Virus record (IMG/VR): IMGVR_UViG_3300031813_000003
Location: 128,001-192,000 of that record
DNA length: 64,000 nucleotides
From: a virus
Taxonomy: Duplodnaviria; Caudoviricetes
Reading direction: 5' to 3' (one strand)
Every line of letters starts with the position of its first letter. The stretch's first letter is position 1. Shown here in pieces: positions 11,027 to 21,694 of this stretch. The position numbers were made by a program, and so were the translations under genes. Below the pieces are notes generated by a model. It did not search any database. It was not told the origin of the DNA and saw only the letters and a list, made by a program, of their open reading frames with translations.

Positions 11027-11415
11027 TGTTCAATAAGACAACTGATAAGAAAGTTTTACATGCTGTATATTGTGAGGGTAGATTTCGTTTTTGGTTATAT
11101 CTAGGTTCTTCATATAATACATATCACGATATGATCACATGGTGTAAGGTGAAGTACTTTAAATTCACAAACAAGACACAGAAAGAAGCATTGAAGTATC
11201 TTGGGGAATATAATGAATACTATAATGGTAAGTCATATAGATGCCCTGAGTGCCAAGGACACTTCAAAGGATCAGTAAATTTTGAAGAACATATATCAAA
11301 GGTTCATGGGTATCCTAGGGATATGGATATCGAAGCTCTTTTAGCAAAAAACTATGTTCCTACAGATAGAGGATATGTTAAAAAGGCTGATTCGAATTAT
11401 TTGAAATACTTATAA
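11023..11415 (+). CDS. C2H2 zinc-finger protein
   Basis: CPEC-X12-HISKVH. Confidence 0.55.
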   Translation: MMFNKTTDKKVLHAVYCEGRFRFWLYLGSSYNTYHDMITWCKVKYFKFTNKTQKEALKYLGEYNEYYNGKSYRCPECQGHFKGSVNFEEHISKVHGYPRDMDIEALLAKNYVPTDRGYVKKADSNYLKYL

Positions 11416-11544
11416 TTTAATATTATCAACTACTTAGAAGGGGGTCTAATTTATTTTAGATTTCTTTCATTTTTAATTGACAAATAAATCCGAATATAAT
11501 ATGGTGATCTTCCAGTTTAAAAATAACTAATAGGAGATTAAGAC

Positions 11545-11856
11545 ATGGCGAATACAACTCCTGAAGAATTGGCAAAGGCACTTTCGGATTTCGTTAATGT
11601 CCTTGGTGGACATACTAAAGAAGAAGACGAATTCATTGGTTTGGTTTTGAGTGATCATAGAACCCTCCAACAGAATACCTTTCGGTTGATATACAAGCTG
11701 ATTAAAGCTTGGGCAATCGAAGGTGAACGAAGTAATTTTGATCTGCGCAACGAAGCAACATTAAAAGCGTGTATCAAGATAACTAAATGTTTGGAAGACG
11801 AGGGGGTATGGATTTTTCTTGCCGTATATTTAAAATTAACTAAAAATAATATTTGA
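11545..11856 (+). CDS. Hypothetical early protein
   Basis: Own sigma70-like promoter and AGGAG RBS; 3' end may carry a 1-nt indel. Confidence 0.6.
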   Translation: MANTTPEELAKALSDFVNVLGGHTKEEDEFIGLVLSDHRTLQQNTFRLIYKLIKAWAIEGERSNFDLRNEATLKACIKITKCLEDEGVWIFLAVYLKLTKNNI

Positions 11857-11958
11857 CAAAGAAAAAAATTTAAAGTATCATCTGATTATGTCGATCATGT
11901 TATTATCTTATGGAGATCGTGGAAGTTAACATCAACACTAACCAAAGGAGAATACATC

Positions 11959-12627
11959 ATGGGAAGCTTAGTCGAAATGTCTGCGAAAATCGTACTGGAA
12001 AGAGGTAAGAGTAATCTTTCATCAGAGGAACTCATTGGAGAAATTCAGAAAATCTACACCGCACTGAACGCAATCGAAGGAAATACTCCGATTGTTGCAC
12101 CTACCCAGGAGCAAGAAAAAGAACAGGAAATATCACATATCCATATTGCACCTTCGATGGTTGGTGTGAACCCTCTGGATACCATTGGTGACACCGAAGT
12201 TAAATGCCTGATATGTGGTCAAGGTGGAATGACCGTCCTCAAACAACACCTGACCAGAGAACACAAAATGACTCCTGTGGATTATAAATCCAAATTTGGG
12301 ATTCCTAGCAGGGTGTCCCTCGTCAGCAAGTCATATCACGATCAGCGCAGTCAGGTTGCAAGGGCAAGCGGGTTGGGCAAGAAGAAAGCAGTTGCTGCTC
12401 CTGCGAAGGTAGTGAAAGTTGCGAAGTCCCAGGGTGCAGTTACTCCTATCTCTGGTGCTGTCAATACAGGGTCTGCAAAAAAGCACAACGGCAGGCCGTT
12501 GACTTCTGCCAAGAATCATAATTCACAAGGGGATGGTCTGGTTGCTTCTGAAGCTCCCAAGTTGAATCGCTTCATGAACACTCCGCACATCATCAGGAGG
12601 AAATCGTCTATCCCTCATAATAATTAA
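11959..12627 (+). CDS. mucR: Ros/MucR family regulator with basic C-terminal extension
   Basis: LVEMSAKIV...SSEELIGEIQKIY N-domain; CLICG...LKQHLTREH..TP..YK.KFGIP....LV...Y...RS..A...GLG zinc finger. Confidence 0.9.
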   Translation: MGSLVEMSAKIVLERGKSNLSSEELIGEIQKIYTALNAIEGNTPIVAPTQEQEKEQEISHIHIAPSMVGVNPLDTIGDTEVKCLICGQGGMTVLKQHLTREHKMTPVDYKSKFGIPSRVSLVSKSYHDQRSQVARASGLGKKKAVAAPAKVVKVAKSQGAVTPISGAVNTGSAKKHNGRPLTSAKNHNSQGDGLVASEAPKLNRFMNTPHIIRRKSSIPHNN

Positions 12628-12650
12628 CAACAAGACCTTCACTAATTAAA

Positions 12651-12711
12651 TTGACAAGAAATCTCCTTTGTGTTAGATTGAATCATAATCTAAACACAAA
12701 GGAGATTTCTT
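12651..12711 (+). promoter_or_regulatory. Sigma70-like promoter whose spacer is an inverted repeat of the downstream RBS (type example)
   Basis: TTGACA-AGAAATCTCCTTTGTGT-TAGATT...AATCTAAACACAAAGGAGATTTCTT; same design at 17600, 26288, 33341, 35844, 47485, 51684, 55444, 59254. Confidence 0.85.
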
Positions 12712-12712
12712 T

Positions 12713-13309
12713 ATGAAAAGCTATGTAAATGAACTTCGGGATGTTCCTTCCAGTATGAATGGTCACCGTGCGGGTCTTGATGAAAAGGAATTCGAAGTAT
12801 TCTTTACATCTTGCCCTAGTAGGGGTAAATATTTTGCAATGGGATTCATTGGCAAGGGCAAGAAACATAATTTTTATTATTCCTTCTCCAGTGAAGAAAA
12901 GATGTACAACTACATTGATAGTTTCTGTAACCAGTGTGCTGCTGATCTTGAATCAAAGAAAGCCAGAAAGGAAGCAGCTAAGAAGTTGAACACAGAAGTC
13001 ACTTGCGAGGTTGGACAGATTTTCAAATACTCTTGGGGATACGATCAAACCAACGTTGACTTCTATCAGGTCACTGAAGTCAGGGGTAAAAAAGTTACCC
13101 TCAGAGAGATCGGTTACAAAACCGTGAGAGGTAGTGAAGGGTTTATGTGTGATCATGTGACTCCTGTGAAAGATAATTTTATTACTACTCATACTATTAC
13201 CAAAATTCTTCATGCTGGTTACAAAGGTGTTCCCTCCTTCACTATGCCTTATGGTTCGTTGACGTTGACTTCTGAAAATGAAAAATCATACAGGTCATGG
13301 TATGCATAA
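12713..13309 (+). CDS. Hypothetical early phage protein
   Basis: SWGYDQTNVDFYQV motif; own promoter and RBS. Confidence 0.7.
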   Translation: MKSYVNELRDVPSSMNGHRAGLDEKEFEVFFTSCPSRGKYFAMGFIGKGKKHNFYYSFSSEEKMYNYIDSFCNQCAADLESKKARKEAAKKLNTEVTCEVGQIFKYSWGYDQTNVDFYQVTEVRGKKVTLREIGYKTVRGSEGFMCDHVTPVKDNFITTHTITKILHAGYKGVPSFTMPYGSLTLTSENEKSYRSWYA

Positions 13310-13534
13310 TGAGAAATGAATTAACTGAACTTATCGATGATATGCTTGATCGTATGCCTCACCATCCATTGAATAAAATGACTTGGGTTGGTAGAGGTTA
13401 TAACAAACAACAGATGATTGACCAATTACTGGAACTTAAAACATTGGCAAGCAAATATGATCTCACTATACTTTGTGCTAAACAACATACTTCTGAGAAT
13501 GAAGCACATAATGAAATGATCAAAAAGGTGATGA

Positions 13535-14059
13535 ATGAAGAAGCTATCTAAAACCAATAAGGCAAGAGTTGATGATATTGATAAAAGGGATTGTCAAGCA
13601 GGACATTTCATCAAAAGAATGCGGCAGAGACTAGGCATTACCATAACTGAGGAACAGTTTGAACATCTGGTTTCTTGTATCAAAAACGAACGAGAATCCC
13701 CTTTATGCCAGATGAAGTATCTGCGCAATCAAACTATCAGGTTGATGGTTTGGGAGCTTAAATTCCCTAATTGTGACCCTGTGAACGTCATTTATGACTG
13801 CCATAGGAAAGCAATTGTCACTATCCTCTTTCAGAACGATGAAATTGAGGTAAGCCACTACTATGACATTTTCAATAACAAGGTGAACGTCAAGCATACC
13901 CTAGGCTATAACCGTATGTGGGCTATACGGGATGGAGTATTGGTAATCCCCAATGAAACCATAAAGTTCTGTAATGGAATTTGGGAAGTAATTTCTGACG
14001 GAATTTTGTTTGGGAAACAATTTAAACTTGACAACGATGACCTAATTGAGGTAATGTAA
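13535..14059 (+). CDS. Hypothetical protein (HFIKRMRQR motif, possible RNase-toxin-like fold)
   Basis: ORF in operon; fold assignment is weak. Confidence 0.5.
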   Translation: MKKLSKTNKARVDDIDKRDCQAGHFIKRMRQRLGITITEEQFEHLVSCIKNERESPLCQMKYLRNQTIRLMVWELKFPNCDPVNVIYDCHRKAIVTILFQNDEIEVSHYYDIFNNKVNVKHTLGYNRMWAIRDGVLVIPNETIKFCNGIWEVISDGILFGKQFKLDNDDLIEVM

Positions 14060-14879
14060 TGACAGTCGATCATGAAGCAGTGGCAAAATCAATTCTTGAA
14101 TTGATTCATAATGGAGCAAGCTACCAAATGATCGGTAACTATCTTTCACACGTTTATAAAGAAAAAGAAGTTAACCCTTCTTCATGGGCTAGAGCAGTTG
14201 ATAAACAATCTGGTGCTTTTACCCAAGATGAAATTGATGAGGCAACCAGATGGAAATAGTTGATGATTTGAAAGCACATATTATCGGTAATGTTTCTGAT
14301 GATGCTAAATGTCAGCATATGATGTATATGTTTGCTGGTTATAGAGCATACATAATAGGGGATTATACACATCCATATTCACCTAGATCAGCTAGACAAG
14401 ATTCATTTGAAATAGGTGTTAATATGGCAATGTGTGATAAATTAAAAGATAATACTTCTTTATAAGGTTTCTAAAATGAGTAACGGTAGATCAATCAGAG
14501 AAGAGGCGGAACTTACATTTGGGCAACATTGTGTTGAAGTACTTACACATTTGCTATTATTCAAAATGATTCATTTTAAGAGCTTGGGAAAAGCATTGAA
14601 GAAAATTGGTGGTGATTTTGTTTTGTTTTTACTTAACATCATTTTTATCAGCTTCTTTTTTATTATAATCCCTCTTGCTGCGTATCTTCGTGGGAAATAC
14701 GCAAAGAAAGTTCTTGCTGCTTACCCTACTCCTGAATATGGGTCTGAATGGAAAAAGAAATGGAAGACTGAATTGTAAGGAATACTACCCTGTGTATCTT
14801 ACAAAATCCTTTCACAAAACACTAAATAACATCAGCTAGAGATAGACTTTAGCCATATCAAATAACATTAGGGGTTCTA

Positions 14880-15938
14880 ATGACACAGAAAAAAGAGTAC
14901 GACTATTCCGTAGTGATTTGCCGTTGCAATCCTCCACACCTTGGGCACAAAGACCTGATTGATTTCGCACTCTCACAAAGTGAGAAGGTTATCATCTTGC
15001 TAGGGTCTGCGCATCGCCCTAGAACAATCAAAAATCCATTCAAATGGCATGAACGTATGCTCATGATTGAATCCATGTATTCCGTATCTGTGGGTAAATT
15101 CATCTTTAAACCACTGAATGATTATATGTACAACAATCAAAAGTGGGCAATGGAAGTTCAAAACACAATTGATCTTGCAATTGAAGAAGACAATAGTGAT
15201 CCTGATACTGCTAAAGTTTGCCTTGTCGGAAATATAAAGGATGATAGTTCTTGGTATCTGTCTATCTTCCCGCAGTTTCCTTTGATTACTTCTGAATTCA
15301 AAAAGTTTGTGGGTAAAGAAATTCTATCTGCAACTCAGATTAGAAAGATCATGTTCGAATCTGATACAACTGAGACAATGAAAAAGCTTGAGCCTCATGT
15401 TCATAAAGGTGTTCGTCTTTATATTCAGGAATTTATGAAGACAAAAGAATTCGGAAAGCTTGCAATGGAACATGCATACATCAGGGACTATAAGAAATCT
15501 TGGGAAGCTGCACCGTATCCTCCAACTTTTGTAACAACTGATATTCTACTTATTCAATCTGGTCATGTACTTCTGATTGAACGTAGAGCAGAACCTGGGC
15601 GAGGTTTGTTTGCGATGCCTGGAGGATTTTTAAATCAAAATGAACTTATTGTAGATGGTGCAATTCGTGAACTACACGAAGAGACTAGGCTCAAAGTACC
15701 TATTCCTGTATTGAAAGGTAATATCAAAGAGGTAAAAGTCTTTGACAACATAAACCGTAGCTCAAGAGGAAGAACTATTACACATGTTGTTCATATAGAA
15801 CTTCCTGATGGCACACTACCAAGAGTAAAGGGGAATGATGATGCAAGTAGAGCATTCTGGTTACCATTGAAAGATATTAAAGCTGATACTTTTTTCGAAG
15901 ACCATATAGATATTATTCAGTCTGTTGTTGGTGTTTAG
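14880..15938 (+). CDS. nadM: Bifunctional NMN adenylyltransferase / Nudix ADP-ribose pyrophosphatase (NadM-Nudix, NatV-like)
   Basis: PPHLGH, KNPF...ER, SATQIR; Nudix box GGFLNQNELIVDGAIRELHEET. Confidence 0.95.
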   Translation: MTQKKEYDYSVVICRCNPPHLGHKDLIDFALSQSEKVIILLGSAHRPRTIKNPFKWHERMLMIESMYSVSVGKFIFKPLNDYMYNNQKWAMEVQNTIDLAIEEDNSDPDTAKVCLVGNIKDDSSWYLSIFPQFPLITSEFKKFVGKEILSATQIRKIMFESDTTETMKKLEPHVHKGVRLYIQEFMKTKEFGKLAMEHAYIRDYKKSWEAAPYPPTFVTTDILLIQSGHVLLIERRAEPGRGLFAMPGGFLNQNELIVDGAIRELHEETRLKVPIPVLKGNIKEVKVFDNINRSSRGRTITHVVHIELPDGTLPRVKGNDDASRAFWLPLKDIKADTFFEDHIDIIQSVVGV

Positions 15939-16000
15939 TGAGTATTTATTCTCCCATATAAATAGTTATGTATCAATAAAAACTTATATGGGAGAATAAA

Positions 16001-16601
16001 ATGTTAAAGAATGAAAGATTGGATATAACTGGTGAAGTATATAATAGATTGACTGCTATCAAGTTTGTTAAACAGCATCCAACTATGAGAAGAAGTATGT
16101 GGTTGTTTAAATGTGAATGTGGAAAAGAACTAGTATGTGATATGGTTACTGTTAGGAATGGGACTAGAACTAGTTGTGGTTGTTTACGATTAGAAAGAGT
16201 GAGTATATTTAATAAAAAAATCATAGAAAGACATATGGAGAATCTTGCAAAAAGTTGTATATAATAGTTATAAAAGTGGTGCTAAAACTAGAAATTTACC
16301 ATTTGATATAACTAGGGAGTTATTTAATGAATTAATAACTAAACCATGTTATTATTGCGGTGCAGAACCAAATAATAAAGCAACTGTAGCATGGAATGAT
16401 GATGTATATGTGTACCAAGGTATTGATAGAATAGATAACTTATTAGGATATACAAAGGAAAATTGTGTTCCTTGTTGTAAACAATGCAATTTAGGTAAAC
16501 GAGATTTATCTAGTAAAGATTTTTTAGAATGGATAACATCTGTACACCTTCACTCAATAAAGGGCAACTATGATAGAACTAATACAATCACCAGCTGTTA
16601 A
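16001..16601 (+). CDS. HNH-type homing endonuclease, split by apparent indels near 16210-16255
   Basis: WLFKCECG...TSCGC N-part; CYYCG, GIDRIDN..GY...NCVPCCKQCN C-part; frame breaks fall in A-runs. Confidence 0.75.
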
Positions 16602-17070
16602 AACATTCGAAGACTTTAACAAATTCTATTACGATACCAACAAATTGTTTCTAGGTGGTGGAATTAGTAATTGTCCTGATTGGCAACATTATATCAGTCT
16701 TAAATTTAAGCGGTATGATGGTGACTTGATGGTGTTCAATCCTAGGAGAGTTGGTGATCTAGCACCAGTTGGAAGTGAAGCTAGAACACAAATTCTTTGG
16801 GAACATCTTTACCTGATGCAGTCTTCCGCAATCCTTTTCTGGTTTCCTTGTGAAACAGTTTGTCCTATAACACTTTTCGAACTTGGGGTATGGGCAACCA
16901 GATACAAAGATACACCAGAGAATTTGATTATTGGCGCTCATCCTGATTACTCTAGGAAGTTTGATTTGGAAGTTCAACTTGAATTAATCAACCCTAGGAT
17001 CAAGATTCATTACAATTTAGACTCACTATTTCAAGGAGTTGTGAGTAGATTTGACTTAAAGGAGAAATAA
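16570..17070 (+). CDS. Nucleoside 2-deoxyribosyltransferase-like protein
   Basis: LFLGGGI..CPDWQ, FNPRR, QILWE, PITLFELG. Confidence 0.85.
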   Translation: MIELIQSPAVKTFEDFNKFYYDTNKLFLGGGISNCPDWQHYISLKFKRYDGDLMVFNPRRVGDLAPVGSEARTQILWEHLYLMQSSAILFWFPCETVCPITLFELGVWATRYKDTPENLIIGAHPDYSRKFDLEVQLELINPRIKIHYNLDSLFQGVVSRFDLKEK

Positions 17071-17071
17071 A

Positions 17072-17596
17072 TTGCGTTTGTATACTTTTATTAATATGTA
17101 TCTTTCCCCTATCCAAGCAGGGATTCAGTCTGCACATATCCTTGGGGAACTTCACAACAAAGCAGACTTCAATACAATTGTTACTAGAAGTGATGAATCT
17201 TATGGTAATGAATGTAATGTAGTTTACACCAAACGTAGTCTTATGACTAAAGATTACTCTCAGAATCATAAAACTATTGTTGTTTGTAGTGGTGGTAATG
17301 CTGCCAACATTCGTGAATACATCAAGTTCTTTGATTCTCCAGAGAATCTATATCCTTGGATACATTTTAACGAGGATCAAGACTCTCTGGATGGTGCCTT
17401 GACAGGGGTTGGTATTATTCTTCCAGAAGAAATTTACGAAGTCGAAGTTTCATTTGAAAATTACAAAACTTTTAGTGGTGACTTTGAAAAAATTAAGGTT
17501 TTTACTAATAAAATCACAGGTGTTAGATATGGTGATTCTACCAGTTATATTTACCAGTTGATAAACAAAATAAAATCTGCTCCCCTCTTTAAATAA
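17072..17596 (+). CDS. Phage peptidyl-tRNA hydrolase 2-like protein
   Basis: LSPIQAGIQSAH, KTIVV..GG, F.ED..SL.GALT.VGIILP. Confidence 0.65.
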   Translation: MRLYTFINMYLSPIQAGIQSAHILGELHNKADFNTIVTRSDESYGNECNVVYTKRSLMTKDYSQNHKTIVVCSGGNAANIREYIKFFDSPENLYPWIHFNEDQDSLDGALTGVGIILPEEIYEVEVSFENYKTFSGDFEKIKVFTNKITGVRYGDSTSYIYQLINKIKSAPLFK

Positions 17597-17974
17597 TAAT
17601 TGACGTAAAATCAAATCTCCTGTAAGGTGTATCTATACTTACAAACAAAGGAGATTTCAATATGTCTGCCCTCAAGGTGATAAAATCAATTTCAACTAAA
17701 AATTTCATATTTGCATTGTTTAATCAATATATTGGATTCACCCATAACAACAAATTCACTCCTTGGAAATGGAGACAGGATTTGGGATATATCAAAGTGG
17801 TGAGGAAATGAAATTTCAAACATTGAAATGTTTCTTCGGATTTCACCAAATGATTGAAATCATCACAATAATTAGGGGTGATATATTTAACCTTAACTAC
17901 TTCCATTGTAAACATTGCGGATATGATGCATTACAACCTCGTCTTGATAGACTTTACGGTAAAGGAAATCAGAA

Positions 17975-18772
17975 ATGAAAGAGATTCGTAAAAGAGAATT
18001 TGCTAATGGATCGGTTCACTGTCTTCAACTGGAAGATGGTATGCTGATTGAAACCACTGACACATTTCTCCCCTACTACACCAAGAACTGCACAAATGGC
18101 AATAATTCGCTTCAGGATGCTAATCTAGGGGATAGAAGCGAAAGATGGATGGTTGGTGTGTCTACCATGTCGGGATGCCCTGTAGGGTGTAAATTCTGCG
18201 CCACAGGACAGATGAAAGGGTGGAGAAACCTTACAGCATCTGAAATTACAGAGCAAGTACTTTTTGTTATGGGAAAAAACAACAAAAGTATATATGAAAT
18301 TAAAAACCCTAAACATAGTAAGGAATTTAAAATCAACTATACTCGCATGGGAGAACCGTTTCTCAATATTGAAAATGTTAAACGTGCAATTGATAAGGTA
18401 AGTTATTTCATTCCAAACACACATCACTACGTTTCCACTGTAGGGATTAAAGGTTCTGACTTCAGTTGGATCAAGGGCAACATTACCCTCCAGATCAGTC
18501 TTCATAGTCTGGATGAAAATCGTAGACATGAACTGATTCCAATCAACAACCTCATGAGCATTGAAGAACTTGGGCAAATTAGAACCAATAGCAATCTGAA
18601 AACAACTGTCAATCTGACTTTGGTTGATGAAGCAGACTTCGATATTGAGAAGCTGAAGAAATATTTCGACCCTGAATTTTTCTTCATTAAACTTAGCCCT
18701 ATCAACAAGAATGTGATTTCTGAACAGAATCATCTTGGGGAAGGTATAATCAAAGTGAGGAACATTATTTAA
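17975..18772 (+). CDS. Radical SAM enzyme, RlmN/Cfr-related
   Basis: STMSGCPVGCKFCATG, RNLT..EI..Q, MGEP, LQISLH. Confidence 0.85.
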   Translation: MKEIRKREFANGSVHCLQLEDGMLIETTDTFLPYYTKNCTNGNNSLQDANLGDRSERWMVGVSTMSGCPVGCKFCATGQMKGWRNLTASEITEQVLFVMGKNNKSIYEIKNPKHSKEFKINYTRMGEPFLNIENVKRAIDKVSYFIPNTHHYVSTVGIKGSDFSWIKGNITLQISLHSLDENRRHELIPINNLMSIEELGQIRTNSNLKTTVNLTLVDEADFDIEKLKKYFDPEFFFIKLSPINKNVISEQNHLGEGIIKVRNII

Positions 18773-19181
18773 TGCCATACTATCTGTTAATGATCCTATT
18801 AGGATTTCTGTTAAGGTACTTCTTTCAAGCAACCGGTATAGCTGTACTAACATTTTTGTGTTTGTTCATTGGATTTATTTGGCTTTGGCGAGCGCAGGAG
18901 ATCGAACAAATATTACCAATGATATTCTTGGTTGTTACTGTTGTATCTAGCGCAAGTGCTTGGGCAACATGGTATTTTGTTAATGGTAAAACTTGTGTTG
19001 GAGATTTTCTAAAACATTATATATTGAGGTAAAATGAAGACCTTTCGTGAAGGTGGGACGTTTCCATGTGATCCTAATATCGGAATGACTAGCAGATACG
19101 AAAATGATGAACTTGTGATCATTCCAGTTGACAATACAACAGATCAATTACTTTTCAGATTCTATATAGAGGATAAAGAAC

Positions 19182-19964
19182 GTGATGCGACATTTAAAAG
19201 GCTTAAGGACAATTACAAATCTTCACTGTAATAATCACTGTAAGTTTTGTTATCAGAAAGATAAATCAGCGAAGATTCTTGATCTGAATGAGTTTTTAGC
19301 TCAGGTCAAACCATACAACTATAAACATTTTGAGTATTGTACTATCATGGGTGGAGAATCTACACTACTTTCTAATCTCCCTGAGTATATCAAGATCGGA
19401 AGTCTGTATGCGAAAGAAACTAGATTGACAACCAATGGTGTGCTTCTGACTCCGAAGTTGTTCAATCATTATCTTAACGCAGGGCTAAATGGTATTAATA
19501 TTTCAATTGCTACAATTAAAAAATATGATACTGTTCATGGTATTCATCCAAATTTTGATATTGATAAACTTTTGGATATGATTGATTACATGCATGGGCA
19601 TTCGTTCAACCCTGCTAACAATTTCTCTGTAAGGGTGAACATTCCACTTTGCAAAGAGAACTGCGAAGGAAAGAATCCTGAAATTCTCTTTCTACTGGAC
19701 TATTTCACTAGGATGAATATCAACGTGACCATGTGCGAAGATATCAAAGGAAGTTATTCATTCTACAATGAATTTGACAAAATTTTATGTGATGTGAAGG
19801 AAGTAACAGATTACGGTTTGATCCTACTTGATTACAACGGTCATCAGATCGGTTATTACACTCACAGAAACAACAATTACAACGAGACTGATCTAGTTGT
19901 AAGTCCATTAGGGACTTGGATCAATTGGGATGGTTACTGTAAAGCAGTAGGGATGAATACATGA
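19182..19964 (+). CDS. Radical SAM enzyme
   Basis: CNNHCKFC, GGE, TTNG. Confidence 0.85.
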   Translation: MMRHLKGLRTITNLHCNNHCKFCYQKDKSAKILDLNEFLAQVKPYNYKHFEYCTIMGGESTLLSNLPEYIKIGSLYAKETRLTTNGVLLTPKLFNHYLNAGLNGINISIATIKKYDTVHGIHPNFDIDKLLDMIDYMHGHSFNPANNFSVRVNIPLCKENCEGKNPEILFLLDYFTRMNINVTMCEDIKGSYSFYNEFDKILCDVKEVTDYGLILLDYNGHQIGYYTHRNNNYNETDLVVSPLGTWINWDGYCKAVGMNT

Positions 19965-20623
19965 CATTAACAATATGTGACATTTGCCCTATGATTTGAA
20001 TCAAAAGATAAAGACTAGGTATGGTTACTTTTGTGAAAGTGCAGGGTGTGATCAAACAAGTATGGAAGGGTTCCCTACTATATTTGACGAATATTATGAA
20101 TATCTTTGGGCAAAGGAATGGTATGATGAAAACTATGATTACAGTATGGAAGATATATAACAAAGACAAAGATATTTATCAGCATAACCACGTTGAAGAT
20201 GGTCATTCTACTTCAGAGTATCCTCTTCCAAAGCAACTTTCATTTCAATCACAGAAGTCATGGAAAAGTATGAAGTGGCAACGTGAATTTGGATATTTAG
20301 ATAAAGGAATTATATGGAACGAAACCCTTTAATTTTACTATGTAATGGATTTAATTATTGTAATCATCCTAGCTGTGATCATAAATTACCACATAGACCA
20401 CATTCTCACCATGATCCTAGGCTCTTGCTTCTTTATGAATAAAGAGTATTGGTGTGTTCCGATTGAACATATGTATGATGAATTAAAGGTAGTAAAATAA
20501 TGCATGGTGATATGACCAAATATATGGGTCTAGAAAATGAAGATATGAACTACTATGAATCTTACGATTCAATGGACATTCCTTGGGAGTTATACTCAAA
20601 ATCTGAAAGTATGAGAAAACATT

Positions 20624-21070
20624 GTGAGACAATCTGTAGACTATATACTGAAACTGGACTTCGGATCAGGGCATAACCCAAGGAAAGGGTTTAAGACCTG
20701 TGATATCACCCAGGCTCCCTATCTTGATTACGCCTTTGACCCTGAGACTTACAAGGTGACTTGTGAAGATCATGTCTTTGATGAGATAATAATTCGAAAT
20801 GTTCTTCATCATATCAAGGACTTAGAAAGTCTTTTTAAAGAAATGAAAAGAATATTGACAAATAATGGAAAATTGATTATAGTAGAACCACGTAAAGAGT
20901 TTTATCAACAAAACCTTAATTTGGATATTTTGTGGTATCGCTACATAATCCCACGTTACGAAATTTGGTATTCCAGATTTTATAGAGACTGCATAGAGAT
21001 TGCGAAAACATTCTTCAAGGTGAAGAATGTTTTCTATAACAACGAAAAAGAAACTATTATTTTAGGATAA
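20624..21070 (+). CDS. Class I SAM-dependent methyltransferase
   Basis: LDFGSG, NVLHHI, RIL..NG.LIIVEP. Confidence 0.85.
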   Translation: MRQSVDYILKLDFGSGHNPRKGFKTCDITQAPYLDYAFDPETYKVTCEDHVFDEIIIRNVLHHIKDLESLFKEMKRILTNNGKLIIVEPRKEFYQQNLNLDILWYRYIIPRYEIWYSRFYRDCIEIAKTFFKVKNVFYNNEKETIILG

Positions 21071-21079
21071 GGAATTAAA

Positions 21080-21325
21080 ATGGCAATGCAACCATCAGCA
21101 CTGGAAACAGAAATAGGAAAGTTCATGAATGCTAAACAGAAAGCAGAAGATCAAGGGCTTTCTGCTAAAGAATTTGAGGAACGATTCAACATGATGTTCC
21201 TTGAGGGGCAAGTGTCAAAAGATGGATATAAGTTACTCCGTCAGATTTTCGGATATACCAAAGTGATTCAGGAAACTAAAACTGAAATCCAATATATTGA
21301 ACACAATAGCAATGGAAGATGCTAA
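21080..21325 (+). CDS. Small protein, paralog A, ends in Cys
   Basis: Shares FE.R.N..FLEGQ....Y..LRQIFGYT with the next ORF. Confidence 0.75.
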   Translation: MAMQPSALETEIGKFMNAKQKAEDQGLSAKEFEERFNMMFLEGQVSKDGYKLLRQIFGYTKVIQETKTEIQYIEHNSNGRC

Positions 21326-21326
21326 G

Positions 21327-21545
21327 ATGACAATGGAAGATGAAATCAAATTTTATATGGATGCAAAGGCCAAAGCAGTTGCCGCAGGAAAAGAAAAAGA
21401 TTTCGAACAACGAATGAATCTTCTTTTTCTGGAGGGGCAAATTACAGAGAACTCTTATTTGATCCTTCGTCAGATTTTCGGTTATACTACAATCGTGCGC
21501 CATACTCCTAAACTTGCTGTTAATTTCCGTTCTACTACCTGTTAA
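21327..21545 (+). CDS. Small protein, paralog B, ends in Cys
   Basis: Tandem paralog of 21080-21325. Confidence 0.75.
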   Translation: MTMEDEIKFYMDAKAKAVAAGKEKDFEQRMNLLFLEGQITENSYLILRQIFGYTTIVRHTPKLAVNFRSTTC

Positions 21546-21694
21546 ATGGAAGATTTTACTGAAGCTGAACTTATGGAACTTCGTATGTACTTTCATGCAT
21601 GTTGGAGTAATGCAATATACTCTGAAGAATACAAAAAGCATGAATGGCAGCATTTGTGTAAACTACTATCCAAGAAAGGAATAAACGTACAGAT

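Noticed and set aside
16200-16260. Programmed frameshifting in the HNH gene, and similar breaks near 10038, 11805, 19988, 40965, 47625 and 55580
   Set aside because: Most breaks are single-base changes in short homopolymers scattered over unrelated genes, best explained by sequencing or assembly indels; needs a read check
18125-18853. 242-aa minus-strand ORF and other short antisense ORFs
   Set aside because: Shadows of well-supported plus-strand genes, with no motifs
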